Positions 9,538 to 18,783 of a stretch of DNA of 64,000 bases are shown one piece after another. The stretch's first letter is position 1, and the number at the start of each line of letters is the position of its first letter. Source of the stretch: a bacterium (GTDB lineage Bacteria; JADJOY01); the NCBI GenBank assembly GCA_046331705.1, contig JAXLQJ010000005.1, positions 186,001 through 250,000 of the forward strand, read 5' to 3'. Under the pieces are notes generated by a model, which saw only the letters and a list, made by a program, of their open reading frames with translations, ran no database searches and had not been told where the DNA came from. The translations under genes were made by a program, and so were the position numbers.

Positions 9538-10251
9538 TCACTCGAAGCGAAGCTCGGCAAAGTGCTCGGGCTGGTGGATGTCGGGAGTCGGAAGCCGTGC
9601 CCACGTCGCGTGCTCCTCCGGCTCGACCGTGGCGATGTGCCGGCTGAAGTTCGCTCGCCACACCTCACCGGCCTCGGGAGTGCCGCGTCCCAGCGCCTTG
9701 AACGGGACGCGCAGCTCGACCACCCAGCCGCCCATGGCGTCGCGAGCGGCCACCTGGATCCCACCCGCGTTCCACGCCTTGGTCTTCTGGGCATGCTGCG
9801 TGAGCGCCACCGCGCCGCTCGAGGACACCGTGACCTCGTAGTAGGTGCCCTTGGCGTCGCCGGGTGGCTGAAGCTGGACGGTCACGGAATCGTCCTGGCC
9901 GATGGTCTCGACGTCGCGGCCCTTCGCCGTGCGCTTGCGACGCTCGAGGTAAGGCTCACCGCAGCGGAAAGCGACGAACAGGTTCTCGGCGTCGATCGTG
10001 ACGTAGACCTCGGTGGCACGCGACGGCGCGTGCTTGGGCGAGCCGGCCACGTAGAGGTGCTCGACCCCGGCCGAGTTGCCCCAGCCGTCCTCGTTGAGGC
10101 GCCCGTCCACGACCGGCGCCTTGGGAGCGAGCAGTGGCACGAGGAAGAGCGCCGCGTCGTGCTGATCCGTGCTGGTCGGCTCCGGATCGGCCGCGAACGC
10201 GAGCGGCGCGACCAACGAGATCGCCAGCACCCACCCGGCGGTGTTCCGCAT
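9538..10251 (-). CDS. Secreted carbohydrate-binding family 9-like (CBM9/DOMON-like) protein
   Basis: Signal peptide (MRNTAGWVLAISLVAPLAFA); PVVDGRLNE..W, D.ENLFVAF.C, DDSV.V.L.P, W.VELRVPF..L, WRANFSR. Confidence 0.75.
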   Translation of the reverse strand: MRNTAGWVLAISLVAPLAFAADPEPTSTDQHDAALFLVPLLAPKAPVVDGRLNEDGWGNSAGVEHLYVAGSPKHAPSRATEVYVTIDAENLFVAFRCGEPYLERRKRTAKGRDVETIGQDDSVTVQLQPPGDAKGTYYEVTVSSSGAVALTQHAQKTKAWNAGGIQVAARDAMGGWVVELRVPFKALGRGTPEAGEVWRANFSRHIATVEPEEHATWARLPTPDIHQPEHFAELRFE

Positions 10252-10413
10252 CGGACCGAGCCGACGAGCGGACCCGCGAACCCCGACATTCATCGTCAAC
10301 GCCTCCCCGCGCCGTGCTCACCGCGAGGGAAGCAGCGGGCGATCCCTGCCGGAAACCGTCATCCTAGCCCCACCCGGCCGCGCGCGGCGAGATGACGCGT
10401 GTCGTGGGCCCGA

Positions 10414-11319
10414 TCAGCCCTCGCGGATCACGGCGCTGCGGGGCACGGTGGCCGCGAATCGTTCCTCGTAGCGCCGGATGGCCTCCGCGGTCTTCGGATC
10501 CGACCAGTATCCGCTCGCGTAGGGGACCGGCTGGTCGAAGCCGAGCGCGCGATTGAGGCAGAGCATCGTGGCCTCGCGGACGTACTTGCCGACAACGCTC
10601 GCAGCGGCGATGGGCAGGAACTCGCCGTCGCCGTCGCGGAGGAAGCGCATCTCGAGCGGCTCGCCATCGAACAGACAGCGATAGCGACTGCACGCGGGTT
10701 CTTCCTCGAGCGTCTCGACGCCGAAGGCACGCTTGCTCCCGTCGAGCCACGGGCGGTACCGGCGCGTGCCGCCGATCTTGCCGAGCAGCGCGAGCGGCGG
10801 CCGAACCTCGAGCAGCGCGAGCGCCTCCTCGAAGGCACGATAATCGAGGGCCAGCTTGCCGCCCCCCGCGCGCTGCTCACGATTGAGCTCGGCGGGCGAG
10901 ACCACGCGGCACGCGACGTCGACGACGCGGATGGCGCGCGCGGCGAGCTCGCGCGCCACCTGCCCCGGCTCGCCACCCCAGAGCGGCAGCGCGAGCGGAG
11001 CGAGATGGAGGTCGGGCTCGGCAGCGCGGCCGCACCCGGGCTCGGTTCGCGTCAACGCTCCCACCAAGCTCGCCAGGTCCGCGGCAGCGCACGCGGCGGG
11101 CCGCGCTCGCGCGAGCGCCAGCGCCGCCGCTTCTCCCGCGGCGTAGCTCCGCGGCGTGCGACGAAACACCTGCTTGCTGTCGCGGATCTGGGGCAGCGCC
11201 GCGGGGTCGAGCCGCAGCGCCTGCTCGTCGGTTCCCGGAATCTCGAGCGCGATCGCCGTCACCACCAGCGGGCCGAGCCCCGGCCCCAGCCCGTTCTCGT
11301 CGACGCCCGCGACCAGCAT
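10414..11319 (-). CDS. Ribonuclease HII-like protein (divergent)
   Basis: N-terminal AGVDENGLGPGLGPLVV, DSK motif (IRDSKQV), DGD..LPIAAASVVGK and SGY motifs of the RNase HII fold. Confidence 0.8.
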   Translation of the reverse strand: MLVAGVDENGLGPGLGPLVVTAIALEIPGTDEQALRLDPAALPQIRDSKQVFRRTPRSYAAGEAAALALARARPAACAAADLASLVGALTRTEPGCGRAAEPDLHLAPLALPLWGGEPGQVARELAARAIRVVDVACRVVSPAELNREQRAGGGKLALDYRAFEEALALLEVRPPLALLGKIGGTRRYRPWLDGSKRAFGVETLEEEPACSRYRCLFDGEPLEMRFLRDGDGEFLPIAAASVVGKYVREATMLCLNRALGFDQPVPYASGYWSDPKTAEAIRRYEERFAATVPRSAVIREG

Positions 11320-11493
11320 CCGCCGAGTGTAAGGAGCGATCCCGGATTTGGAACGTCGCGACGGGCGCGGAACCGGGTCGGGATCTCCGATCCGCGATCG
11401 AGGTGCGCGCGACGGGGGTCGTGGTAAGGTGACGCCACCTCCGGCGCCGCGACCGCATCACCGACCCATTTCCCTCCCGCGCAACGCCGAGCG

Positions 11494-13044
11494 ATGAACG
11501 CTCGCAAGATCGTCTTGGTGCATCCGTTCTCGGGCGACTGGGAACGGATGCGTTCCGCTCCGTTCTATCCGCTCAACCTGGTGCACGCAGCGGCGTGCGT
11601 CGCGCGCCATCACCCGGTCGAGATCGTCGACCTACGTCGCGAGAGCGACTGGCGCGCACGGCTCCGGCAGGCGTTCGAGGAGCCGGTGCTGTTGGTCGGC
11701 ATCACCTCGATGAGCGGCACGATGCTCGCGTCGGCGCTCGACGTGGCGCGTTTCGTGCGGGGGTTGGCGCCGGTGCCGGTCGTGTGGGGCGGGATGCACC
11801 CGACCCTGCTGCCCGAGCAGACCGCCGCTCATCCGCTGGTGGACGGCGTCGTGGTGGCGGACGGCGAGAACATCCTGACCGACCTCGCGGAGCGTCTCGC
11901 GAGCGGCGCGCCGATCGCGGGTGTCCCCGGAACGGTGTGCCGGGATGGCGAGCGGGTGGTGCGCGGGCCGGAGGCGGCGCTCCCCGATCTCGACGAGCTC
12001 CCGGAGCCCCACTTCGAGATGGTTCCGGTGCGCTCGTACATGCCGCTCTGGGACGGCGCACCCACGCTCTCGCTGGAAAGCGCCCGCGGCTGCCCCCGTC
12101 CGTGCACGTTTTGCTACAACACCGCCCTCAACGCGGGGCGCTTCCGGATGCTCTCCGCCGAGCGCACCATCGCCCGGGTCGAGCGGCTGGTACGCCGGCA
12201 CGCTCCCGGCTGCGTCTACTTCGTGGACGACAACTTCTTCCTCGACGTGCCGCGGGCGCTCGCGATCGGCGAGGGCATCGCGCGCACGGGTGTCGCGTGG
12301 CAGGTCCAAGGCGCCGACATCCCGTCCTTGGCGCGCCTCGACGACGGCCACCTGCGGGCGCTCGCCGCCACCGGGCTCAAGCGCATCTCGATCGGCATCG
12401 AATCGGGCTCGCCGCGCATCCGCAAGCGCATGAAGAAGAGCGCCGCCGTCGATCGCGTGAAGCGCGAGGTGGCGCGCTTCGCTCAGCACCCGATCGTCCT
12501 CTATTGCAGCTTCTTCGTCGGCAGCCCCACCGAGACGGTCGAGGACGTGAAGGACACCATCGCGCTGGTCCTCGAGCTGCAGGAGCTGAACCCGCACTTC
12601 CGCAACTCGCCCTTCTACTCGTATCTGCCGCTGCCCGGGACCGAGATGCTCGAGGACGCGGTGTCGAGCGGGCACACGCCGCCCTCCACCCTCGAGGCGT
12701 GGAGCCACCTGACGTTCGACATGGAGAGCGCCATCGGCGGCGCGACCTCGCCCGGCACGCTGACCCGCGCGCAAGCCAAGGCCCTCTACTTCGTGACGAG
12801 CTGCGTCGACCGCAAGAGCCAGGATTACGGCCTGCCGCGTATGGCCGCGGCGCTGATGGAGCTCTATCGCCCGATCGCGCGCTGGCGGCTCAAGCATTTC
12901 CGGCTCGGCGGCATGATCGAGCTCTTCGGCTACCGGCTCGTGCACGCGGCCTGGATGGCGAGCGAGGCGGTGCGCCGGCGCCGCTCGGGCACGACGCAGG
13001 ACGAGGTCGCGCCGGCGCTCGTCGCCGCCCAGCCGGCGAGCTGA
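11494..13044 (+). CDS. Cobalamin-binding radical SAM protein
   Basis: N-terminal B12-binding-like domain (VVWGGMHPTLLPE), RGCPRPCTFC (CxxxCxxC), FVDDNFF, IGIESGS, PLPGT. Confidence 0.92.
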   Translation: MNARKIVLVHPFSGDWERMRSAPFYPLNLVHAAACVARHHPVEIVDLRRESDWRARLRQAFEEPVLLVGITSMSGTMLASALDVARFVRGLAPVPVVWGGMHPTLLPEQTAAHPLVDGVVVADGENILTDLAERLASGAPIAGVPGTVCRDGERVVRGPEAALPDLDELPEPHFEMVPVRSYMPLWDGAPTLSLESARGCPRPCTFCYNTALNAGRFRMLSAERTIARVERLVRRHAPGCVYFVDDNFFLDVPRALAIGEGIARTGVAWQVQGADIPSLARLDDGHLRALAATGLKRISIGIESGSPRIRKRMKKSAAVDRVKREVARFAQHPIVLYCSFFVGSPTETVEDVKDTIALVLELQELNPHFRNSPFYSYLPLPGTEMLEDAVSSGHTPPSTLEAWSHLTFDMESAIGGATSPGTLTRAQAKALYFVTSCVDRKSQDYGLPRMAAALMELYRPIARWRLKHFRLGGMIELFGYRLVHAAWMASEAVRRRRSGTTQDEVAPALVAAQPAS

Positions 13045-13217
13045 CGAAGCGCTTCTCGTGCGCTAAGAGCGTGGTCGGACCGCGCGCCGCCGGGCGAGCC
13101 CCGCTTCGCGGCGCTCGTCGCGGTGCGTTCGTCGCGCGCGCTTCCGCGCAGGACGAACGACGCCGAGCACGACCCGAGCATCGATTGGACCTCGCCCCAC
13201 CCAGGAGAACGGCGACG

Positions 13218-14054
13218 ATGAACGACGTGATGACGACGGAATCGGTGGAAGTCGGCCCGCTGCGCGTCCAGAAGAACGGGCACGTGACGTGGGTCTTCCT
13301 CGCTCGTCCCGACACTCGCAATGCCATGGGCCCCGATCTGTGGGAGGCGCTGCCCAAGGTGTTCGGTGACATCGACCGCGACGACTCGTGCCGGGTCGTC
13401 GTGCTGGCCGCCGAGGGCAAGCACTTCACCGTCGGCCTCGACCTCAAATCGGTCGGCAGCCTGGTCCAGTTCGAGGGCTCCCAAGCCCAGCAGCGGCGCG
13501 CGCTGCATCAGGAGATCCTGCGCCTGCAGGAGAGCGTGAGCGCCATCGAGCGTGTCCGCAAGCCGGTGATCGCCGCGATCCACGGCTACTGCATCGGCGG
13601 CGGCATCGACGTCATCACCGCGTGCGACGTGCGCGTGGCCTCGAAGGATGCGCTCTTCTCGGTGCGCGAGACGCGGATGGCCATCGTCGCCGACCTGGGC
13701 ACCTTGCAGCGGCTGCCGGGGATCGTGGGGCGAGGTCACGCCGCCGAGCTGGTGTTCACCGGCAAGGACGTCGACGCGGAGCGAGCGCGCGAGATCGGGT
13801 TGGTCAATCACGTGTTCGCGGACCGGGAGGCGGCGCTCGAGGGCGCGCAGGAGCTCGCCGACGAGATCGCGTCCTTGAGCCCGCTTGCGGTACAAGGATC
13901 CAAGCAAGTCATGGCCGCCACCCGCCGGAACGAGATCGCCGAGGGATTGCGTTACGTGGCGCTGTGGAACTCGGCGTTCCTGTTCTCCGACGATCTGGGC
14001 GAGGCGCTCGCATCGTTCATGGAAAAGCGCAAGCCGGACTTCCAAGGCGCGTGA
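13218..14054 (+). CDS. Crotonase-superfamily enoyl-CoA hydratase/isomerase (delta3,5-delta2,4-dienoyl-CoA isomerase-like)
   Basis: FTVGLDL, KPVIAAIHGYCIGGGIDVITACDVR, FSVRE...ADLGTLQRLP; AGGAG upstream of ATG 13218. Confidence 0.92.
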   Translation: MNDVMTTESVEVGPLRVQKNGHVTWVFLARPDTRNAMGPDLWEALPKVFGDIDRDDSCRVVVLAAEGKHFTVGLDLKSVGSLVQFEGSQAQQRRALHQEILRLQESVSAIERVRKPVIAAIHGYCIGGGIDVITACDVRVASKDALFSVRETRMAIVADLGTLQRLPGIVGRGHAAELVFTGKDVDAERAREIGLVNHVFADREAALEGAQELADEIASLSPLAVQGSKQVMAATRRNEIAEGLRYVALWNSAFLFSDDLGEALASFMEKRKPDFQGA

Positions 14055-14074
14055 GCGCGCACGCGAGCACGACG

Positions 14075-15415
14075 ATGAGGCGAGGCGGGTGGCGCGCGGC
14101 TCTGTTGGCGATCGCGATCGCCGCCGGATGCGGCAGTGGCGGCGGCGGCCAGGAGGGCCCGCCCGGCCCGCTGCTCACCCGAGCCCGCGGCTACGACGCG
14201 TGGCACGAAGCGCACCACCAGCCCCTCTACGGCGCCACGGTCGAGGTGCGGTTCACGGACGACTCGCTGACCGAGGTGCTGCGCTACGAGGGACGCGGCG
14301 ACTCGACGATCTGGACCGGCACTTACCTCGCGAGCCAAGCGTTCCGCTACGCGGTGACCCGCGACGAGCAAGCGCGCACCAACGTCCTGGCGATCGTCGA
14401 CACCCTGCACAACCACCTGAAGGTCACGGGGCGCGCGGGGTTCATCGCCCGCTACCGCGCACCCGCGGATGCCCCGGGCGTGTATCCGTGCGATGCCGAC
14501 GACGAGAACTGCCACGTGGTCGCCGACGGCCCGTTCGCCGGCGACCTGTGGACGGGCAACACCAGCCGCGATCAATACACCGGCTGGTTCTTCGGCATGG
14601 CGCTCGCCTACGACTTCGTCGAGGACGAGGGCATGCGCCAGACCATTCGTGACGACGTGAGCGAGGTGATCGACGCCGTCGCCCGCCAGAAGTACCTGAT
14701 CGTGGACGTGGACGGGATCAAGACCACCGCGGGACCGGAAGCGCTGCCGCCGTTCGCGATCAACTGGCACCTGATCGCCTACCACGTGGCGGGGCGCCAG
14801 CAGGACCTCGACGCGGCGCTCGCGATCGCCGCCAACCGCACGCTCTACGAGATCGCCACCGTCAGCTTCAACAATCGCTACGTGCAGTTCTACGGCAACA
14901 ACCTGAGCCACCAGAACTACTACAACGCCGAGCGGCTCAGCCGGGACGTTCCCGCGATCCACGAGCTCATCCAGACCAATTTCCGAGAGCAGATCCACAA
15001 GAGCGTGCACCTGGCCCACAACGCATTCTTCGAGCTCATCCACCGCTCGGTGGAGGGCGAGGACGATGCGACGCTCGACGCTTCGATCCTCGAGGACCTC
15101 GGCGCGTTCCGCGAGCCGCCCAACCGCGGCTACGCCGTCGACCCGCCCCAGGCGCCGCTCGACCCGTACTCGGTGCTGCTGGTGGCGTTGCAGACGGCGA
15201 TTCCCGAGCTCGCCGACATCATCGGCACCGCGCATCTGCAGGCGCTCGCGGCCTATCCCGTTCCGTACCAGTGCAGCACCGACTTCTTGTGGCAGCGCAA
15301 TCCGTTCGTGGTCGAGTGCGATCCCGAGGACCCGGCGCTCGTGAACCCCGGCGTCGATTACCTGGTCGGATACTGGATGGCGCGCTACCACGGCCTGCTC
15401 GGCCCGCAGGATTGA
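14075..15415 (+). CDS. Lipoprotein of unknown function, possibly an (alpha/alpha) toroid glycosidase-like fold
   Basis: Lipobox IAAGC; GDSTIWTGTYLASQAFRYAVT and SRDQYTGWFFG blocks; aromatic-rich helical sequence. Alternative GTG start at 14051. Confidence 0.6.
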   Translation: MRRGGWRAALLAIAIAAGCGSGGGGQEGPPGPLLTRARGYDAWHEAHHQPLYGATVEVRFTDDSLTEVLRYEGRGDSTIWTGTYLASQAFRYAVTRDEQARTNVLAIVDTLHNHLKVTGRAGFIARYRAPADAPGVYPCDADDENCHVVADGPFAGDLWTGNTSRDQYTGWFFGMALAYDFVEDEGMRQTIRDDVSEVIDAVARQKYLIVDVDGIKTTAGPEALPPFAINWHLIAYHVAGRQQDLDAALAIAANRTLYEIATVSFNNRYVQFYGNNLSHQNYYNAERLSRDVPAIHELIQTNFREQIHKSVHLAHNAFFELIHRSVEGEDDATLDASILEDLGAFREPPNRGYAVDPPQAPLDPYSVLLVALQTAIPELADIIGTAHLQALAAYPVPYQCSTDFLWQRNPFVVECDPEDPALVNPGVDYLVGYWMARYHGLLGPQD

Positions 15416-15420
15416 AGCGC

Positions 15421-16287
15421 GTGAGCACACCGCCCGCGACAGCGAACCCCATCGACTGGCGCGCTCCGGTGACGCTCGGGCGAACCGGGCTCGCGGTCGG
15501 CCGCCTGGGCGTGGCCGCGTCCTACGGTGTGACCGCGGACGCACTCGAGATGGCCTTCGAGCGGGGCGTCAACTACCTCTACTGGGGCTCGATGCGGCGC
15601 GAGCGCTTCGCCGCCGGCATCCGCCGCCTGATGCGCAGCGCCGGGCGCGAGAAGCTGGCGGTGGTTCTTCAATCGTACACGCGCATCCCCGCGTTGCTGG
15701 CGCCGAGCGTGCAGCTCGGGCTCTTCCGCCTCGGCACCGACCACGCCGACGTGCTGCTCCTGGGCTGGTTCAACCAGCGCCCGCCGCAAGCCATCCTGGA
15801 CGCGGCCCACGATCTCGTGCGCCGTGGATGGGTTCGCCACGTGGCCATCTCGAGCCATCGGCGGACGCTCTTTCCCGAGCTCGAGCGAGAGCGAATCCTC
15901 GACGTCTACCATCTGCGCTACAACGCGGGCCATCGCGGCGCGGAGCACGAGATCTTCCCCCACGTGCCGGCGACCCCCGACGGCCCGGGCCTGGTGGCGT
16001 ACACGGCCACACGCTGGGCGACGTTGCTCGATCCGCGCCGCACGCCCGCGGGCGAGCCCACCCCGACCGCCGCCGATTGCTATCGTTTCGCGCTCACCCA
16101 CCCCGCCGTGCACGTCTGCATGACGGGTCCGCGCAACCGCGCCGATCTGGAGCACGCGCTCACCGCCCTCGACCGCGGCCCGATGGACGCCGACGAGCTC
16201 GCCTGGATGGGCCGGGTGGGCGATCACGTGAGCCGCCACGTGCTGCCCACCCGCGGCGGCGCGGGCTCGCGCTGGAGAACCGCGTGA
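15421..16287 (+). CDS. Aldo/keto reductase-fold protein (degenerate active site)
   Basis: LGRTGLAVGRLG, L.RLGTDHADVLLL, G.VRHVAISSH, RYNAGHRGAE..IFP, RFALTHPAV...TG are AKR scaffold motifs. Confidence 0.82.
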   Translation: MSTPPATANPIDWRAPVTLGRTGLAVGRLGVAASYGVTADALEMAFERGVNYLYWGSMRRERFAAGIRRLMRSAGREKLAVVLQSYTRIPALLAPSVQLGLFRLGTDHADVLLLGWFNQRPPQAILDAAHDLVRRGWVRHVAISSHRRTLFPELERERILDVYHLRYNAGHRGAEHEIFPHVPATPDGPGLVAYTATRWATLLDPRRTPAGEPTPTAADCYRFALTHPAVHVCMTGPRNRADLEHALTALDRGPMDADELAWMGRVGDHVSRHVLPTRGGAGSRWRTA

Positions 16288-17186
16288 ATCACCACGCTCG
16301 AACCATTCGGCGCGCGCTCTGCGCGTTCGCGCTCGTCACCGCGGGTTGCGCGGGGTCGCGGGTGCCGGTGTCCGGCGAGCCGACCATCGAGGAGGTGCTG
16401 GGCGCCAACGCCCGCGTGCTCTGGGTGGCCGCGCATCCCGACGACGAGGCGCTCGCCGGCTCGGTGCTCGCGCATGCGTGCGTCGGCCTGGCGACCCCGT
16501 GCCACTTCCTCGTCTTCAATCACGGCGACGGCGGCGAATGCCTGCTGCCCGAGGGCTGCCACCCGGATCTGGGAACGGTGCGCGGACGGGAGCTCGAGGA
16601 ATCGGCGGCGCTCTACGGGGCCACGCTCGAGCACTACCGGCTCTTCAACGCGCCGCTGCCGGTCGAGAGCTTTCCAGCCCGCGAGGTGATCGCGGCCAAG
16701 TGGAAAGACGCCCTGGATCCGTCCGGGGCCGTCGCCGCCGCGATCCGGCGCTTCCAGCCCACCGTGGTGCTCACACTCGATGCGTTCCACGGCTTCACCT
16801 GCCATCCCGAGCACCAGCTCGCAGCGCGCTTCGCGATGGAGGGCATTCGGCGCGCCGCCGACGCCGGCGAGGCGTTGGGCGGGCTGGCGCCATGGCGGAC
16901 GCCGCACTACTTCGAGATCCTCAACCGATACTGGTTCCTGGCGGCACTCATGGGGCGCGATCCCGAGCCCTTCACCGACGTTCTCGACCCCGACCAGCGC
17001 TGCGGTCCGGACGAGAGCTGCATCGAGATGGCGAGTCGCTTCTCCTACGCTCACCGCACCCAAGCCGGCGACATGGGCAGCCTCCGGACGCTCAACCACT
17101 TGGTCACGAGCGTTTACCTCCGGCGCATGAACCCCTGGACGCAGATCCTCGATCCTCTCGAGGCGGCACCGAATACCTGCGGCTGA
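16284..17186 (+). CDS. PIG-L/LmbE-family N-deacetylase, lipoprotein
   Basis: AAHPDDE, R..E, HPEH motifs; lipobox VTAGC; GTGA overlap with the upstream gene. Confidence 0.88.
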   Translation: MNHHARTIRRALCAFALVTAGCAGSRVPVSGEPTIEEVLGANARVLWVAAHPDDEALAGSVLAHACVGLATPCHFLVFNHGDGGECLLPEGCHPDLGTVRGRELEESAALYGATLEHYRLFNAPLPVESFPAREVIAAKWKDALDPSGAVAAAIRRFQPTVVLTLDAFHGFTCHPEHQLAARFAMEGIRRAADAGEALGGLAPWRTPHYFEILNRYWFLAALMGRDPEPFTDVLDPDQRCGPDESCIEMASRFSYAHRTQAGDMGSLRTLNHLVTSVYLRRMNPWTQILDPLEAAPNTCG

Positions 17187-17376
17187 GCCGCCGTCCCGCT
17201 TCCCTATTTGGGAATCTGCTCCCGGAGCGATGAATCCGGGACGGCCTACGTACGTCTAACCACCGCGAGGGGATATCCGGCGAGAGCACGGGCCCAGCGT
17301 GCGGGGGTTCGCTCTCGCGCTTGGAATCACTGGGCTTTTCGATCCAATCACGAACCAGGATCCGCCAAGGAGCGTA

Positions 17377-17405
17377 TTGACAGGGCGTGGGTCGAGGCAT
17401 ATAGT
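17377..17405 (+). promoter_or_regulatory. Sigma70-type promoter of the sigma factor gene
   Basis: TTGACA (17377-17382) - 17 bp - TATAGT (17400-17405), followed by an AT-rich leader and a GAGGA RBS before ATG 17472. Confidence 0.85.
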
Positions 17406-17471
17406 ACCAATTCCATCTTCTTTATCCTCATTCCCCCTCCCGGTTCGAGCCGCGAGGCCGAGGAAACAACC

Positions 17472-18752
17472 ATGAAAGACCCACTCGATCTGGACGATGT
17501 CGATCTGGGAGTCTCGGAGAGCTTCAACCTGACGGAGCCCTCGGGCCCGAGCGAGGACGATCTCGCAGCCCTGGGTGCCATGGGAGACGAGGACACCGAC
17601 GCACCGGATACCGCCGAGGAAGCGCCACGCAAGCCTGCGGCCACCAGCAGCGCCGCCTGGACCGCCGGCGACCATGACACCGAGGCCGGCAACCTGGAAG
17701 ACCTCTACTTCCGAGAGATGGGCGCCATCCCGCTCGCTCGACGCGAAGGCGAGATCCGCTTCGCCGAAGGCATCGACAAGGCGCGCGAGGTCTTGCACGC
17801 ACTCCTCGACGAGCCGCCCGCGGTGATCCCGCGCGTGCTCGGCAAGGACTTCGCCAAGCCCCGCGGCCGTTCGATGGAGGAAACCCTGCCCGAACGCGTC
17901 GGCTACGCGGTGCTCGCCGACGTGCGCGCGGTGCTGGACGGCAGCCTCGACCCCAAGCGGCCGTTCCAGGCGCGCCAGCGTCCCGTGCTGAGCCGCTACG
18001 CCGACCAGCTCACCGCAGCGCTGGACGGAATCGAGTACGCCAAGAGCTTCCTGACCGAGGCCAACTTGCGGTTGGTGATCCACATCGCCAAGCGCTACCG
18101 CCGCCACGGCATCCCGATGCTCGACCTGGTCCAGGAAGGAAACATCGGCCTGATGAAGGCGGTGGAGCGCTACCGGGTGGACACCGGCTTCCGCTTCAGC
18201 ACCTATGCCTCGTGGTGGATCCACCAGTACATCCGGCGCTCCATCGACAACCAGGCCGGGCTGGTGCGCGTCCCGCTCTACCTCCAGGAAGAGCGACGCA
18301 AGATCATGCGCACCACCCGCGATCTGGGCCTCGAGCTTGGCCGCAAGCCGCGCACCGAGGAGATCGCCCAGAAGGTGGCGACCGACGAGAAGTGGGTCGA
18401 GGAACGCATGATGATGCGCAGCGAGGCGATCTCGCTCGACACTCCGCTCTCCGCCGACGGGACGCAACGGCTGAGCGACGTGCTGGCCGATCCCGAAGCG
18501 CCATCGCCCTTCGAGGACACCTCGCTGGTCGAGCTTTCCGATCGCGTGAAGGTGGCGCTCGCCAAGCTCACGCCGCGCGAGGAGAAGATCCTGCGGCTTC
18601 GCTTCGGCGTGGGTGAGGTCTCGTCCCACAGCCTGCAGGAGATCAGCACACGCTTCCGCCTCACGCGGGAGCGCATCCGTCAGATCGAGGCGCAGGCCCT
18701 CAAGACGCTGCGCGGCGTGTTCGAGGATGCGGGGATCGCCGGCGCCGCGTAG
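17472..18752 (+). CDS. RNA polymerase sigma70-family factor (RpoD/RpoS-like, probably an alternative group 2-type sigma)
   Basis: Region 1.2 LYFREMG.IPL, region 2 EANLRLVIHIAKRY / DLVQEGNIGLMKAVERY / GFRFSTYASWWI, region 3 ISLDTP, region 4 LTPREEKILRLRFG / TRERIRQIE. Confidence 0.93.
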   Translation: MKDPLDLDDVDLGVSESFNLTEPSGPSEDDLAALGAMGDEDTDAPDTAEEAPRKPAATSSAAWTAGDHDTEAGNLEDLYFREMGAIPLARREGEIRFAEGIDKAREVLHALLDEPPAVIPRVLGKDFAKPRGRSMEETLPERVGYAVLADVRAVLDGSLDPKRPFQARQRPVLSRYADQLTAALDGIEYAKSFLTEANLRLVIHIAKRYRRHGIPMLDLVQEGNIGLMKAVERYRVDTGFRFSTYASWWIHQYIRRSIDNQAGLVRVPLYLQEERRKIMRTTRDLGLELGRKPRTEEIAQKVATDEKWVEERMMMRSEAISLDTPLSADGTQRLSDVLADPEAPSPFEDTSLVELSDRVKVALAKLTPREEKILRLRFGVGEVSSHSLQEISTRFRLTRERIRQIEAQALKTLRGVFEDAGIAGAA

Positions 18753-18783
18753 GGCAGAGGCTCCACCTCCCGGACCCACCACC

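Noticed and set aside
1600-9647. Long alternative-frame and antisense ORFs (e.g. 3281-6898, 4063-6102, 6588-8270)
   Set aside because: Arg/Ala/Pro-rich shadow frames of real GC3-biased genes; stop codons are rare at this GC content.
10310-10410. Resemblance to SRP (4.5S) RNA: GGAAGCAGC and GATGACGCGTGT
   Set aside because: The conserved CAGG side of helix 8 is missing, the spacing is wrong and no long closing stem is evident; probably chance.
11595-14054. Apparent 819-aa protein, and similar apparent fusions 20208-23804, 25356-28649, 30734-32599, 42695-45619, 49576-51966
   Set aside because: The N-terminal parts are off-frame read-through over neighbouring genes; real starts lie downstream, at RBS-like sites or stop-start overlaps.
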